Assembly: GCA_964387845.1 (NCBI GenBank)
Contig: CAYLXA010000001.1
Location: 345,038-409,037 of the forward strand
DNA: 64,000 nucleotides
Direction of reading: 5' to 3'
Source: an uncultured bacterium
GTDB taxonomy: Bacteria > Omnitrophota > Omnitrophia > Omnitrophales > Abzuiibacteriaceae
Part shown: one piece after another, positions 9,622 to 18,817 of the stretch
Position numbering within the stretch: position 1 is the first letter of the stretch
How the letters are laid out: each line of letters opens with the position of its first letter
Translations under genes and position numbers: made by a program
Notes under the pieces: generated by a model
Databases searched by the model: none
What the model saw: the letters and a program-made list of their open reading frames with translations, nothing else
Told to the model about the DNA's origin: nothing

Positions 9622-9756
9622 CCCCTTATTTGCACTCATAACCTGGCTCAATACTGTTTATTCATTTATGTTGACATCTGCAAATGAATCAGTAGTATAT
9701 GAGCCAAGTTAGTTAATTGAACGAAGCTCTAAGGCCGGATAAAGTAATGTTTTAGC

Positions 9757-9797
9757 CCGCAAGCGCAATTAATGGCTCTGCGGGTTTTTTTTTCGCC
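9757..9797 (+). terminator. candidate intrinsic terminator after the small Cys-rich gene
   Basis: cccgcaagcgcaattaatggctctgcggg followed by a run of 9 T. The stem is short (6 bp) and the loop long. Confidence 0.35.
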
Positions 9798-9882
9798 AAA
9801 AATCGTGGCGAATCCGCCATGCAGTTTGGCGGAATTTTTGAAAGCCCCTGCTTCTTATCGAAATTGAAAGGAAAAAAAGAAA

Positions 9883-10089
9883 ATGGCACAAGGTACAGTC
9901 AAGTGGTTCAATAACGAAAAAGGTTATGGATTTATTGCTCCTTCATCTGGCGGAAAAGATGTGTTTGTTCATCATACCGCAATTCAAGGCGATGGTTACA
10001 AGACTTTGAATGAAGGCGAGCAAGTAAACTTTGAAGTCGTTAGCGGACCCAAAGGCGACCAAGCGTCTAACGTTGTCAGACAGCGTTAA
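9883..10089 (+). CDS. cold-shock protein (CspA family)
   Basis: [20 protein letters not shown]...VFVHHTAIQ...GDQASNV, a canonical cold-shock domain with RNP1/RNP2 motifs. Confidence 0.95.
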   Translation: MAQGTVKWFNNEKGYGFIAPSSGGKDVFVHHTAIQGDGYKTLNEGEQVNFEVVSGPKGDQASNVVRQR

Positions 10090-10111
10090 TTCGTCGTCAC
10101 AATCTAGTAAC

Positions 10112-10152
10112 ATAAAACCCCGTTCTCTTAATTGAGGACGGGGTTTTATTTT
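10112..10152. terminator. bidirectional Rho-independent terminator between the csp gene and the convergent Memo-AMMECR1 gene
   Basis: aaaaccccgttctcttaattgaggacggggttttatttttc. About a 10-bp GC-rich stem with T-tract on the + strand and A-tract on the other side. Confidence 0.7.
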
Positions 10153-11693
10153 TCTTCAAACGAAAAAACTGTAAAGGCAGAGAGCTTAACGGAAGGGCTT
10201 TTCCAGGTATCGGCCGGCAACCCCGCTTTTTCGGAACAAAGCAGGTTCATAAATTCTTCTTTATTTCCGTTCACATGTTCCCACACCTGCGGTAAAAAAA
10301 GACCTTTATTTCCATCTTTCTCGACAATCACGCCGCTTTGATTTGGAATGATGTCTTCGTGGCTCTTGATTTCTCGGATCGGCGAAAGTACGGAAATTTC
10401 GAACTTCACTTTCGAAAGCTCGCTCAAAGAAAGCTTCGCAAACCGGGGGTCCTGCGTTGCGGCAGCAATCGCGTAATCACGGACAGCTTGCAAAAGCGGT
10501 TTATCGGCATCCACGGTTCCGATGCAGCCGCGGAGTTCCCCGTTTTCCATCAATGTCACAAACACGGCGGACGGGACGGCAAGTTCGCCTTTTAAGGTTT
10601 TTGCGTCGATTTTTGTTTTCTCGCCGGATTTTAAATATTGCTCAACCGCCGAACGTGCTTCGGCTAAAAGTTTCTTTTGGCTCTCCGGAGAAACCGCAAA
10701 TGCTTCCTCCGTTTTCAAACTGTGAAACGTTTGCGGCGAATCTTTTGTAAACATAACAGCGCCATATCCGACTGTTTTGAGCGGCGTTCCGTATGGGCTG
10801 TCGGCGGAAGTGGCGTGATTCAAAACCGTTCCGCGCTTTGCGCCTAACTTGCGTGCCGCAGCCATCACAGCAATCGTGGCGCCTTCGCCGCACAGTGTGA
10901 CGTGAAGCTCCGGAATTTTCTTCGCCAAAATTTCTTCCGTTTTCTGCAAAAGCGCCTGCGCGTTCATGTCTTCGATGGTTTTTAGGATCAAAAGATCGGA
11001 TTCATTGGCGTTTTTTGCGTGCGGATAATGCGCCATGTCGGTCGAGCCGATTAAAATCGTACGGATGCCTTCCGATTCATTTTCTTTGATAACATCAGCA
11101 ATCACTTCTCCGATCCGTTCGGCCGTCGCCAAATCCGGATTGCCCATCACGATCGGGACAATTTTGAAATTTTGAAGGGTTTGCTGCAGAAACGGGATTT
11201 GTGTTTCGAGTGAATGTTCACCGCCATGCGCTTCCGGGTTGGCCTCCAAATCTTTTGAGCAGCTCAGAAGCTTCTGTGCCGTTTTTTCATCGACCGGAAC
11301 ATCGCCAAGCGGGCTTCTGAACGCGCCCTTCGGATACACCGCGCCGCCTTCAAGCGGATAAGAATGCGCAAGCCCGAGCAAAATAACGGTATCAATTTTT
11401 CGGCCTTCGATTTGTTTATACACATGCGCCGCAACGGGGCCGGAAAACACGAAACCGGCATGCGGTGCGAGAAACGCGACAGATTTACCTTGCGTGTCAA
11501 CTTTTCGGGCAGCATCCAGAAGAACCTTGATCATTCTCTGAAGCTCTTCCGGCTCAGCGGGATAAAACTGATCGGCAACGGCGGGTTCTCGGATCATGTT
11601 GGCATTTTCCATGGCGTAAGCACTCGGGGAAATAAAACTCAAACAAACTGCTAAAATAAAAAAGCAAACACTTTCATTTCGAAAGTGCTTCAT
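10146..11693 (-). CDS. fused Memo1-like (N-terminal) / AMMECR1 (C-terminal) protein with N-terminal signal-like segment
   Basis: N-terminal half: ADQFYPAEPEELQ...FLAPHAGFVFSGPVAAHVY (MEMO1 family). C-terminal half: LAVPSAVFVTLMENGELRGCIGT...QDPRF (AMMECR1). Likely start MKHFRNESVCFFILAVCLSFISPSAYA; the longer ORF-track start overlaps the upstream gene. Confidence 0.8.
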   Translation of the reverse strand: MKHFRNESVCFFILAVCLSFISPSAYAMENANMIREPAVADQFYPAEPEELQRMIKVLLDAARKVDTQGKSVAFLAPHAGFVFSGPVAAHVYKQIEGRKIDTVILLGLAHSYPLEGGAVYPKGAFRSPLGDVPVDEKTAQKLLSCSKDLEANPEAHGGEHSLETQIPFLQQTLQNFKIVPIVMGNPDLATAERIGEVIADVIKENESEGIRTILIGSTDMAHYPHAKNANESDLLILKTIEDMNAQALLQKTEEILAKKIPELHVTLCGEGATIAVMAAARKLGAKRGTVLNHATSADSPYGTPLKTVGYGAVMFTKDSPQTFHSLKTEEAFAVSPESQKKLLAEARSAVEQYLKSGEKTKIDAKTLKGELAVPSAVFVTLMENGELRGCIGTVDADKPLLQAVRDYAIAAATQDPRFAKLSLSELSKVKFEISVLSPIREIKSHEDIIPNQSGVIVEKDGNKGLFLPQVWEHVNGNKEEFMNLLCSEKAGLPADTWKSPSVKLSAFTVFSFEEK

Positions 11694-12222
11694 TCTTCTT
11701 ATCAGACGCTTTGCCCGGCTCTTCCGATTGCATCCAATGCTTAATCGTATCCGGCATCGGCGGCGATTCCTGCCAACTGCCGAGAAGCGCCAGGACTTGA
11801 GGTGTCGGCACATTCCCTTTCGGGCTTCTGAAAAGGCCCTTTACATACCCAACGGCCATGCATTTTCCGTCGTGAATGAATGACTGCTTGATGAAAATCC
11901 ATTTGTGGTCCCAGCAGATTACGCGGCTCACAAGCTGATAGCGCTGAAATAATTTTAAGGAACGCTTGTAACGAACGTTGACGGATGCCACAAGCGGCGC
12001 CAGATGATTTTTCCGGCAGATTTCGCCGAAACCCATGCGAAGAATAATATCGTAACGGCCCAAATCCATCACCGTCAAATAGCGGCCGTTGTTCATGTGG
12101 AAATAAATATCGAGATCGTTTGGGAAAACCCAAAGCGTTAAAACAGACGGATCGGATACTTTGAGAGGCTTTCTGAAAAATGAGGCGATTTTAACAAGCA
12201 GAATCCGGAAGAGTAGATTCAT
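11674..12222 (-). CDS. hotdog-fold acyl-CoA thioesterase-like protein
   Basis: 182 aa, with VFPNDLDIYFHMNNGRYLTVMDLGR...ASVNVRYKRSL, pattern-matching the 4HBT/thioesterase superfamily. Moderate only. Confidence 0.5.
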   Translation of the reverse strand: MNLLFRILLVKIASFFRKPLKVSDPSVLTLWVFPNDLDIYFHMNNGRYLTVMDLGRYDIILRMGFGEICRKNHLAPLVASVNVRYKRSLKLFQRYQLVSRVICWDHKWIFIKQSFIHDGKCMAVGYVKGLFRSPKGNVPTPQVLALLGSWQESPPMPDTIKHWMQSEEPGKASDKKNEALSK

Positions 12223-12232
12223 TGCACGGGCA

Positions 12233-14494
12233 TTACTTCCCCTTCATTAAATTCAGCGCGCTGCCGGCCTTAAACCAGGCGACCTGCTCCTGTGTAAAAG
12301 AATGCACGAGCGGCGCGTTTTCGGTTTCGCCGTTTGCGTGCATAATCACAAGCTCCAGCAAACTTTTGGGCGCCAAAATATCAACGCCTTCGATGCTGAT
12401 GCGGTCATCCGCTTTGATTTTGTCATAATCAGACGGGTTTTTGAACTTAAGCGGCAGGAGGCCCTGCTTTTTTAAATTCGTTTCATGAATCCGCGCAAAA
12501 CTTTTTGCAATCACGGCTGCGCAGCCCAAATACCGCGGGCTCATCGCGGCATGTTCGCGGCTTGAGCCTTCACCATAATTTTCATCGCCGACCACAACCC
12601 AACGGAGGTTATTCTTTTTATAATCGCGCGCCACTTCCGCCGGTGTCATTTTAGTACCCTTTTGAAGCTGATTCAGGGCTGTGCCTTGCGCACCGGAAAA
12701 ATCATTGTTGGCTCCGAGAAACATGTTGTCTGAAATTTTATCCAGATGGCCTCGATATTTGAGCCATGGCCCGGCTGGCGAAATATGGTCCGTCGTACAT
12801 TTCCCCTTCGCTTTGAGCAGCACCGGAAGATTTTCGAAATCGCTTTCCTTCCAGGGCTTAAACGGCTCCAATTTCTGGAGGCGCTCGCTTTGCGCATCGA
12901 TTGAAACTTGCACAAAAATTCTCTCTTTTTCGGAGAGCGGCGCCAGAAATCCCGCTTCGCCTGCGGCAAATCCGCTGGAAGGAAGTTCCGGTGCTTCGGG
13001 CGGCGTCAAAAGTATTTCCTTTCCGCCGGTTTTGATTTTGTCTTTAAGCGGATTGAAATCGAGGCGGCCTGCCAGTGCATAGGCCGTCACGATTTCGGGC
13101 GAGGCGATAAAAGCCAGAGTTTCGGGATTACTATCGTTTCTCGCAGGAAAATTACGGTTAAAGGATGTAATGATCGAATTTTTCTCGCCTTTTTTGATAT
13201 CGTCACGTTTCCACTGGCCAATGCAGGGGCCGCAGGCATTTGCAAGAACCGTTCCGCCGATTTCTTCTAAGGCCTGAAGCTGGCCGTCTCGCTTAATGGT
13301 GTTTTGAATTTGGTCGGATCCCGGCGTGATTAAAAAGTAGCACTGGGCTTTAATGCCGGCTTCACGGGCCTGTTCGGCCACCTGCGCAGCGCGGCCGATA
13401 TCTTCATAAGAAGAATTGGTACAACTGCCGATGAGCGCAGCTTTGATCATCGCCGGATAACCTTTTTCTTTCACGTCCTTCGCCATCTCGGAAACCGGGC
13501 GTGCCAAATCCGGCGTATGTGGGCCCACAACATGCGGCTCTAGCGCGGACAAATCAATTTCAATCACTTCGTCATAATAAAGTTCCGGGTTTTTATCGAT
13601 TTCAGGATCTGCAGTCAGAAATTTTTTGTGCTGCTCGGCGATATCCGCAATTTCTTTGCGTTTTGTGCTGCGCAAATAAGTTACCATTCGCGAATCAAAC
13701 GGAAAAACAGAAGTCGTTGCGCCCAGCTCTGCGCCCATATTGGCGATTGTGCCTTTTCCGGTACAGCTGATAGACTGCGCGCCGGATCCAAAGTATTCGA
13801 CGATCTTATCCGTTCCGCCTTTCGTTGTTAAAATCCCACAAAGTTTCAAAATCACGTCCTTGGCAGAAGCCCAGCCGTTCAATTTTCCCTTTAAATGAAC
13901 GCCTATCAACTTCGGGCATTTGACTTCCCAGCTGAGGCCCGACATCACATCGGCTGCATCCGCGCCGCCGACACCGATCGCCAGCATGCCAAGGCCGCCT
14001 GCATTCGGCGTGTGGGAATCCGTCCCGATCATCAACCCGCCGGGAAACGCATAGTTTTCGAGCACAACTTGATGAATAATCCCCGCGCCGGGTTTCCAAA
14101 ATCCGATCCCGTAACGCTGCGCTGCGGTTTTCAGGAATTCGTAGACTTCCTTATTGGTTTGGACTGCATTGAGCGTGTCTTCTGCGGCACCGATCCGGGC
14201 TTGGATCAAATGATCACAATGAATGGTTGTAGGAACCGCGACGGAATTGCGCTGAGCCAGCATGAATTGCAGGATTGCCATTTGCGCTGTCGCATCCTGC
14301 ATTGCCACGCGGTCCGGCCTGAGTGAAAGATAGCTTTCGCCGCGCACGAAATCCTGGGATTTGAGATCTGTCACGTGCGTTGCCAGGATTTTTTCGGTAA
14401 GCGTGAGCGGCCGGGCTAATTTTTTTCTGAGAAAATCAACTTTACCTTCGGCAGTTGCCAAAAGGCTCTTAATCATAAAAAGCGCATCGCTCAT
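12233..14494 (-). CDS. acnA: aconitate hydratase (aconitase A)
   Basis: 753 aa. Fe-S ligand region IGSCTNSSYEDI, ANACGPCIGQW, SFNRNFPARNDSNPET and the swivel domain. Full-length aconitase-family match. Confidence 0.95.
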   Translation of the reverse strand: MSDALFMIKSLLATAEGKVDFLRKKLARPLTLTEKILATHVTDLKSQDFVRGESYLSLRPDRVAMQDATAQMAILQFMLAQRNSVAVPTTIHCDHLIQARIGAAEDTLNAVQTNKEVYEFLKTAAQRYGIGFWKPGAGIIHQVVLENYAFPGGLMIGTDSHTPNAGGLGMLAIGVGGADAADVMSGLSWEVKCPKLIGVHLKGKLNGWASAKDVILKLCGILTTKGGTDKIVEYFGSGAQSISCTGKGTIANMGAELGATTSVFPFDSRMVTYLRSTKRKEIADIAEQHKKFLTADPEIDKNPELYYDEVIEIDLSALEPHVVGPHTPDLARPVSEMAKDVKEKGYPAMIKAALIGSCTNSSYEDIGRAAQVAEQAREAGIKAQCYFLITPGSDQIQNTIKRDGQLQALEEIGGTVLANACGPCIGQWKRDDIKKGEKNSIITSFNRNFPARNDSNPETLAFIASPEIVTAYALAGRLDFNPLKDKIKTGGKEILLTPPEAPELPSSGFAAGEAGFLAPLSEKERIFVQVSIDAQSERLQKLEPFKPWKESDFENLPVLLKAKGKCTTDHISPAGPWLKYRGHLDKISDNMFLGANNDFSGAQGTALNQLQKGTKMTPAEVARDYKKNNLRWVVVGDENYGEGSSREHAAMSPRYLGCAAVIAKSFARIHETNLKKQGLLPLKFKNPSDYDKIKADDRISIEGVDILAPKSLLELVIMHANGETENAPLVHSFTQEQVAWFKAGSALNLMKGK

Positions 14495-14512
14495 AAATGG
14501 TCCTTTAGAAAT

Positions 14513-14548
14513 AGAAAACCGCAGAGAGGAATATCTCTGCGGTTTCTA
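14513..14548 (-). terminator. Rho-independent terminator for gene 14567..14914
   Basis: Perfect 11-12 bp stem aaaccgcagaga/tctctgcggttt. On the minus strand it is followed by a U-rich tract (uuuucuauuucu). Confidence 0.6.
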
Positions 14549-14566
14549 TTTTACAACAAAATCTGC

Positions 14567-14914
14567 TTATTTACAGCAGTCTAATACGATGCCGCCTTCC
14601 GGAAGCGGAATATCGACTGTTGTCAGCGGGAAAGTCACCAAATGAAGTGCGCCGCCAACCGTGTCTGCGATACCGTTCCAAAGCCCGCGTCCAACCCCTT
14701 CAATGAAGTTGCCGCCGCTTTTTGCAGCTTCGTAGGGCTCGGTGAAGATTTCGCTCCATCCAAGCACCACATTGGATAACCCATAAGTGAACTTATGGAA
14801 CGCTTTCTTGCCGTATGAAGAATCGGCTTTGTTCCATGCGCTCATATCAGCAGCAAATGCTGATGAGCTTAGGATTAATAAGCAAAGAACAAAAACTGCT
14901 ATTTTTTTCATCAT
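14567..14914 (-). CDS. small secreted protein resembling the exosortase-system-associated TIGR04073 family
   Basis: Start refined to MMKKIAVFVLCLLILSSSAFA with RBS AAGGAGGAAG. Motifs YGLSNVVLGWSEIFTEP and GVGRGLWNGIADTVGGALHLVTFP resemble the G-x-x-N...GW-x-EI-P / R-G-x-x-x-G...TFP pattern recalled for that family. Confidence 0.5.
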   Translation of the reverse strand: MMKKIAVFVLCLLILSSSAFAADMSAWNKADSSYGKKAFHKFTYGLSNVVLGWSEIFTEPYEAAKSGGNFIEGVGRGLWNGIADTVGGALHLVTFPLTTVDIPLPEGGIVLDCCK

Positions 14915-14993
14915 GTTAACTTCCTCCTTGTGGTGGGGTTGCCACCAATTTTGTGTCTTTATATATCGGAAGGGGGTCAAACGAACTCAAGCA

Positions 14994-15215
14994 CTAAAAA
15001 CTGAGGGCAAGTTTCTTAAAGAATTCAATACCTGCAGGATAGACGTAAAGTATTATAATAAAACAAGTTGGGATTAATATAAGCCAATTGATTAGGAGGC
15101 GGGTTTGAGGATTTTTGACCCGGATAGGCAAAATAGTGGATAAGGTAAGAGCCAGAGCAGCGATCAGAGCCAAAACCCACGGATTAGATAAAATTTCATT
15201 CATTTGACACCTCAA
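14994..15215 (-). CDS. small hypothetical membrane protein
   Basis: 73-aa ORF with two hydrophobic helices. It overlaps the dinB stop by ~20 nt. No homology recognised. Confidence 0.25.
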   Translation of the reverse strand: MRCQMNEILSNPWVLALIAALALTLSTILPIRVKNPQTRLLINWLILIPTCFIIILYVYPAGIEFFKKLALSF

Positions 15216-16299
15216 AAAGTTCGGCCTGAACCGCCTCAGCCGGCATCTCCCCCAATTCCCGAAGCCCGCTTAAACCCAACCCCAACAGTCTAACCGGTTT
15301 TTTGCCTGCCAGGGTCTTTTTTTGAAGAAGTTCGGCCGCTATTTGATAAATCTCGCGCCAGTTTTTGGGCTCATGCTGAAGGGTAAACGACCTGGTAATC
15401 AGCTCAAAATCATGATATTTCACCTTCAAAACCACCGTCCGGCCCATCCTGCCCTCTTGTTTGAGCTCGCTGAAAATATATTCCGCGTATTCTTCAAGCT
15501 TTGAACGAAGCGGCGCAAGTGCGGTGATATTTTTCTCGAACGTCTCTTCCGTGCTGAATTGCTTTGATTCCGTATAAGGCTCGACTTCCCGCTCATCGAT
15601 TCCCTGCGCCGTTTGATAAAGCCAGCGGCCGGTTTTCCCGAATTTATTGATTAAGAACGAGATATCGGCACCGGCAAGCTCTCCGCAGGTTTTGATTCCC
15701 AGGCCCAAAAGCCGTGCTTCTGTTTTGGGGCCAACACCCGGAATCTTTCGGACCGGTAAATCTTCAAGAAAGCTCGTAATCTGATCGGGCCGAATCACAG
15801 TCAGTCCGTCCGGTTTTTTAAAATCAGAGGCGACTTTCGCCAAAAATAAATTAGGCGCTACACCGGCAGACGCTGTCAGCTTGGTTACGGCAAAAATATT
15901 CTGCTTGATTAGTGACGCGATCACTTTCGGATCCTGGATATTTAATTTATGCTTCGTAACATCCAAATACGCTTCGTCAAGAGACATGGCTTCCATGAGA
16001 TCAGTGTGCTGATGCAGAATTGACATGACTTGATCGGATGCTTTCCGATATTTTTCGAAATGAGGCCTGACAAATATCGCTTGCGGGCAAAGCCGGCGCG
16101 CTTGAGCTGCCGGCATCGCGGAGTGAATCCCGAATTTGCGCGCTTCATAAGAAGCCGTACTGACCACGCCGCGGCCGAAAGGATCGCCGCCCACCACAAC
16201 CGGTTTTCCGCGTAATTTTGGATTATCGCGTTGCTCGACAGACGCGAAAAACGCGTCCATATCAATGTGAATAATTTTTCTAGGCCAGATGGTCTTCAA
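15196..16299 (-). CDS. dinB: DNA polymerase IV (Y-family translesion polymerase)
   Basis: IIHIDMDAFFASVEQRDNP...PVVVGG...SYEARKFGI...SLDEAYLDVT; conserved through the thumb and little-finger domains. Confidence 0.95.
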   Translation of the reverse strand: MKTIWPRKIIHIDMDAFFASVEQRDNPKLRGKPVVVGGDPFGRGVVSTASYEARKFGIHSAMPAAQARRLCPQAIFVRPHFEKYRKASDQVMSILHQHTDLMEAMSLDEAYLDVTKHKLNIQDPKVIASLIKQNIFAVTKLTASAGVAPNLFLAKVASDFKKPDGLTVIRPDQITSFLEDLPVRKIPGVGPKTEARLLGLGIKTCGELAGADISFLINKFGKTGRWLYQTAQGIDEREVEPYTESKQFSTEETFEKNITALAPLRSKLEEYAEYIFSELKQEGRMGRTVVLKVKYHDFELITRSFTLQHEPKNWREIYQIAAELLQKKTLAGKKPVRLLGLGLSGLRELGEMPAEAVQAELFEVSNE

Positions 16300-16315
16300 A
16301 GGAAGGTAATGCTAA

Positions 16316-16516
16316 TTAATCGTTTCTTAATTCGCCGCTTGCTACTTTTTGATTATGACGGTCAACCGCTTCATTGTAACCGTCAACCGACTGTTTGGCT
16401 TGATTGGCAATTTCGGGATGGTCTTCAAGATACTTTTCGGAAGCTTTCGCTATCCAAACAACCAAAATAATGACAATTAAAATCGAGATACCGACGCATA
16501 TCCAAAATTGTTTCAT
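16316..16516 (-). CDS. small single-pass membrane protein, hypothetical
   Basis: 66 aa. Transmembrane segment ICVGISILIVIILVVWIA followed by a charged tail. RBS GGAGAG 6 nt upstream. Confidence 0.4.
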   Translation of the reverse strand: MKQFWICVGISILIVIILVVWIAKASEKYLEDHPEIANQAKQSVDGYNEAVDRHNQKVASGELRND

Positions 16517-16589
16517 AACGATCTCTCCGAAAGTAAAAGAATAATAGCATACTCATGGTTTTCCTGCAAAATCTAAGTTATAATTCGCC

Positions 16590-17597
16590 ATGCTTGTTCT
16601 AAAAACTCTTAAGCTAGACTCTCCCGCGATCCAATCTCCCATGGCGGGCTGCACAGACCTTGCGTTTCGCCTGATCGGACGCCAGCATGGGATGGAGCTT
16701 GCCTTCTGTGAAATGCTTTCATCGGAAGCGCTGATCCGAGACACCAAAGAGACTTACGAATTAATGAAGCGCCTGCCGGAAGATAAGCCGCTCGGAGCGC
16801 AGATCGTAGGTGATAAACCGGCCTCGATGGCAGAGGCGGCGGCAAAACTCGAATCACTCGGGTTTGACATCATCGACATGAACCTCGGCTGCCCCGTTCC
16901 CAAAATCACATCCAAAGGCGGCGGCTCGGCGCTTCTCGTTAAGCCGGACCTTGCGAAAAAAATTTTTGATGCTGTCGTGAGAGCCGTTAAAAATGTACCG
17001 GTCAGTGTCAAAGTCAGAGCTGGATATGAAGACGCCTCCGGAAAAGAAGCTGTCCTGATTGCCAAACTCGCGGAAGATGCCGGAATTTCGGCGGTAAGCG
17101 TTCATGGCCGCACGCGCGCACAGCGTTACGTCGGCCCTGCAGACTGGAGCACGATCACCAAAGTCAAGGAAGCCGTGAAAATCCCCGTGATCGGAAACGG
17201 TGATATATTTTCGTGGCACAATGCGGTCAAAATGAGGCAAGAAACAAACTGCGACGCCGTCATGGTCAGCCGCGGCGGGCTTGGAAATCCCTGGATTTAC
17301 AAACAAATCAAAGCGGCATTGTCGGGCGAGCCGGTCCCGAATGACCCGACCTTCGAAGAATTAAAAGAAACGCTCCTCAAACATATGGAGCTTGAAGTGG
17401 AGCACTACGGAGAACATTTCGGGCTTCTGCAAATGCGCAAAGTCGCGTGCTGGTTTTTCGATGAAATGCACGGGGTGTCGGAATTCCGGAAGCAGATTAA
17501 TGTGTGTTCTGATTTGAATTTGATGCGGGAATTAATCGCAAAATTCGATCCACGAATTTCCGCACATGCCGCTCAACCCAGGTCAGCTCTTCATTAA
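16590..17597 (+). CDS. tRNA-dihydrouridine synthase (DusB-like)
   Basis: SPMAGCTDLAFR, DIIDMNLGCPVPKITSKGGGSALL, VSVKVRAG, AVSVHGRTRAQRY and GNGDI are all Dus TIM-barrel motifs. Confidence 0.9.
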   Translation: MLVLKTLKLDSPAIQSPMAGCTDLAFRLIGRQHGMELAFCEMLSSEALIRDTKETYELMKRLPEDKPLGAQIVGDKPASMAEAAAKLESLGFDIIDMNLGCPVPKITSKGGGSALLVKPDLAKKIFDAVVRAVKNVPVSVKVRAGYEDASGKEAVLIAKLAEDAGISAVSVHGRTRAQRYVGPADWSTITKVKEAVKIPVIGNGDIFSWHNAVKMRQETNCDAVMVSRGGLGNPWIYKQIKAALSGEPVPNDPTFEELKETLLKHMELEVEHYGEHFGLLQMRKVACWFFDEMHGVSEFRKQINVCSDLNLMRELIAKFDPRISAHAAQPRSALH

Positions 17598-18810
17598 TCG
17601 ATAAATAAGGCAAAATCAGAAGAATCGAAAGCGAAAACAGCGCTGAAATCAAAATCAGCGGTTTCAGTCCGATGATAGTAAACAGAAACCCGCCCAAAAC
17701 GTCGGAACCCATCAAACCTAAGTTTAGAAATGACGACAAAAACGCAAACACCGTTCCGCCGGCGTATAAGGGTGATACTTTTGCGGCCAAATTGAGAACT
17801 GCCAAGTACATAACCGCCTGAATTGCCGCAAGTAAAAATGTAGAAATAATGGTAATCTGCCGGGCAGCGCTCGGATTGCCGACGACAAACGGCGTGAAAT
17901 AAATATAATAAAATAAAGTCACCGCAACGCCGAGAAAAATCGCAAGTACCAGCAGTTTCCGAATGGGATATTCGGAAAATTTCCGGCCGAAAATAATAGC
18001 ACCGATCAGGCTTGAAAAACCTGCCACCGCCTGAACCAGCCCCAAAAATTCGCCGTCGAATTTCAAAACATCCACTGAATAATAAAAGAAAGGTGACCCG
18101 AATGACGGTGAAAAGTTCCACAAAAAGAAAAAGGCCGCCAGCAGCCACAAATCTCTTTTCCGGAAAAGTTCTTTCAGGTGTGAATAATCCATTTTCTCAA
18201 GCCGGTCTGCTTTTTCTTCTTTGATTAAGAAAAAGGCCAGGACTGCGGTGATCAGCGGAAAAATGGCGGTGATTTGAAAGATCGATTGATATGAAATGGT
18301 ACCGCGCCGGGCTTGCTCCGAAATATAGCCGCCGAAAAGTGCGGTGAAAATGATTGCCGTGTAAACCGCCGACCACTGGATAGATTGAAACTTCCCCGTC
18401 AAATTAAACGGCTTGCCGCTTTCTACCATCAATCCGTCCGTCACGACATCCTGAAATGCGTAAGCCATGTACGAAAACGTGATGAAAGCCAATAAAATCA
18501 GCGCGCTGTATTGTTTGAGGGAAGCGAGAAAAATCCAAATGCAGCAAGCGACCAAAGAGGCTGCAATCAAGTAAGACTTCCGGCGGTAGCCGAAAATCGG
18601 ATACGAATCCGAAAAATAGCCCCAAAGCGGTTTGATCACCCAAGCCAGGACGATGACAGCTTGAAAATACGACATGCCGGCCGGCGTAATATTCAGGACC
18701 TCTTTTAATAAAAATTTAATGGCTAAATTCGGGAGCGCCGCCAATCCGTTCGTTGAAAAAAAGTAGACGGCGGAAAAGAGAATGCAAAACTTCAGGTAGG
18801 TTTTCTTATC
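17497..18810 (-). CDS. MFS-type transporter, folate-biopterin transporter (BT1) family-like
   Basis: Start refined to MDKKTYLKF. 12 predicted transmembrane segments. GYFSDSYPIFGYRRK loop motif typical of BT1/MFS. The 3' end overlaps the convergent dus gene by ~100 nt. Confidence 0.65.
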   Translation of the reverse strand, partial: DKKTYLKFCILFSAVYFFSTNGLAALPNLAIKFLLKEVLNITPAGMSYFQAVIVLAWVIKPLWGYFSDSYPIFGYRRKSYLIAASLVACCIWIFLASLKQYSALILLAFITFSYMAYAFQDVVTDGLMVESGKPFNLTGKFQSIQWSAVYTAIIFTALFGGYISEQARRGTISYQSIFQITAIFPLITAVLAFFLIKEEKADRLEKMDYSHLKELFRKRDLWLLAAFFFLWNFSPSFGSPFFYYSVDVLKFDGEFLGLVQAVAGFSSLIGAIIFGRKFSEYPIRKLLVLAIFLGVAVTLFYYIYFTPFVVGNPSAARQITIISTFLLAAIQAVMYLAVLNLAAKVSPLYAGGTVFAFLSSFLNLGLMGSDVLGGFLFTIIGLKPLILISALFSLSILLILPYLSINEELTWVERHVRKFVDRILRLIPASNSNQNTH

Positions 18811-18817
18811 CATCAAT

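Noticed and set aside
11694-11813. Upstream extension (MCRHLKSWRFSAVGRNRRRC...) of the Memo-AMMECR1 ORF
   Set aside because: Arg-rich and low-complexity, and it overlaps the upstream thioesterase-like gene. The internal start gives a signal-like N-terminus.
12673-14326. Several 90-140-aa ORFs on both strands inside the aconitase gene (e.g. 12681..13082+, 12908..13270+, 13895..14326+)
   Set aside because: They are embedded in a gene with unambiguous full-length homology. They are Arg/Ala-rich frame artefacts of ~55% GC DNA.
16754-18148. Minus-strand ORFs 16754..17065, 16854..17306 and 17594..18148
   Set aside because: They are antisense to or out of frame with the well-supported Dus and transporter genes, with typical overprinting-artefact composition.
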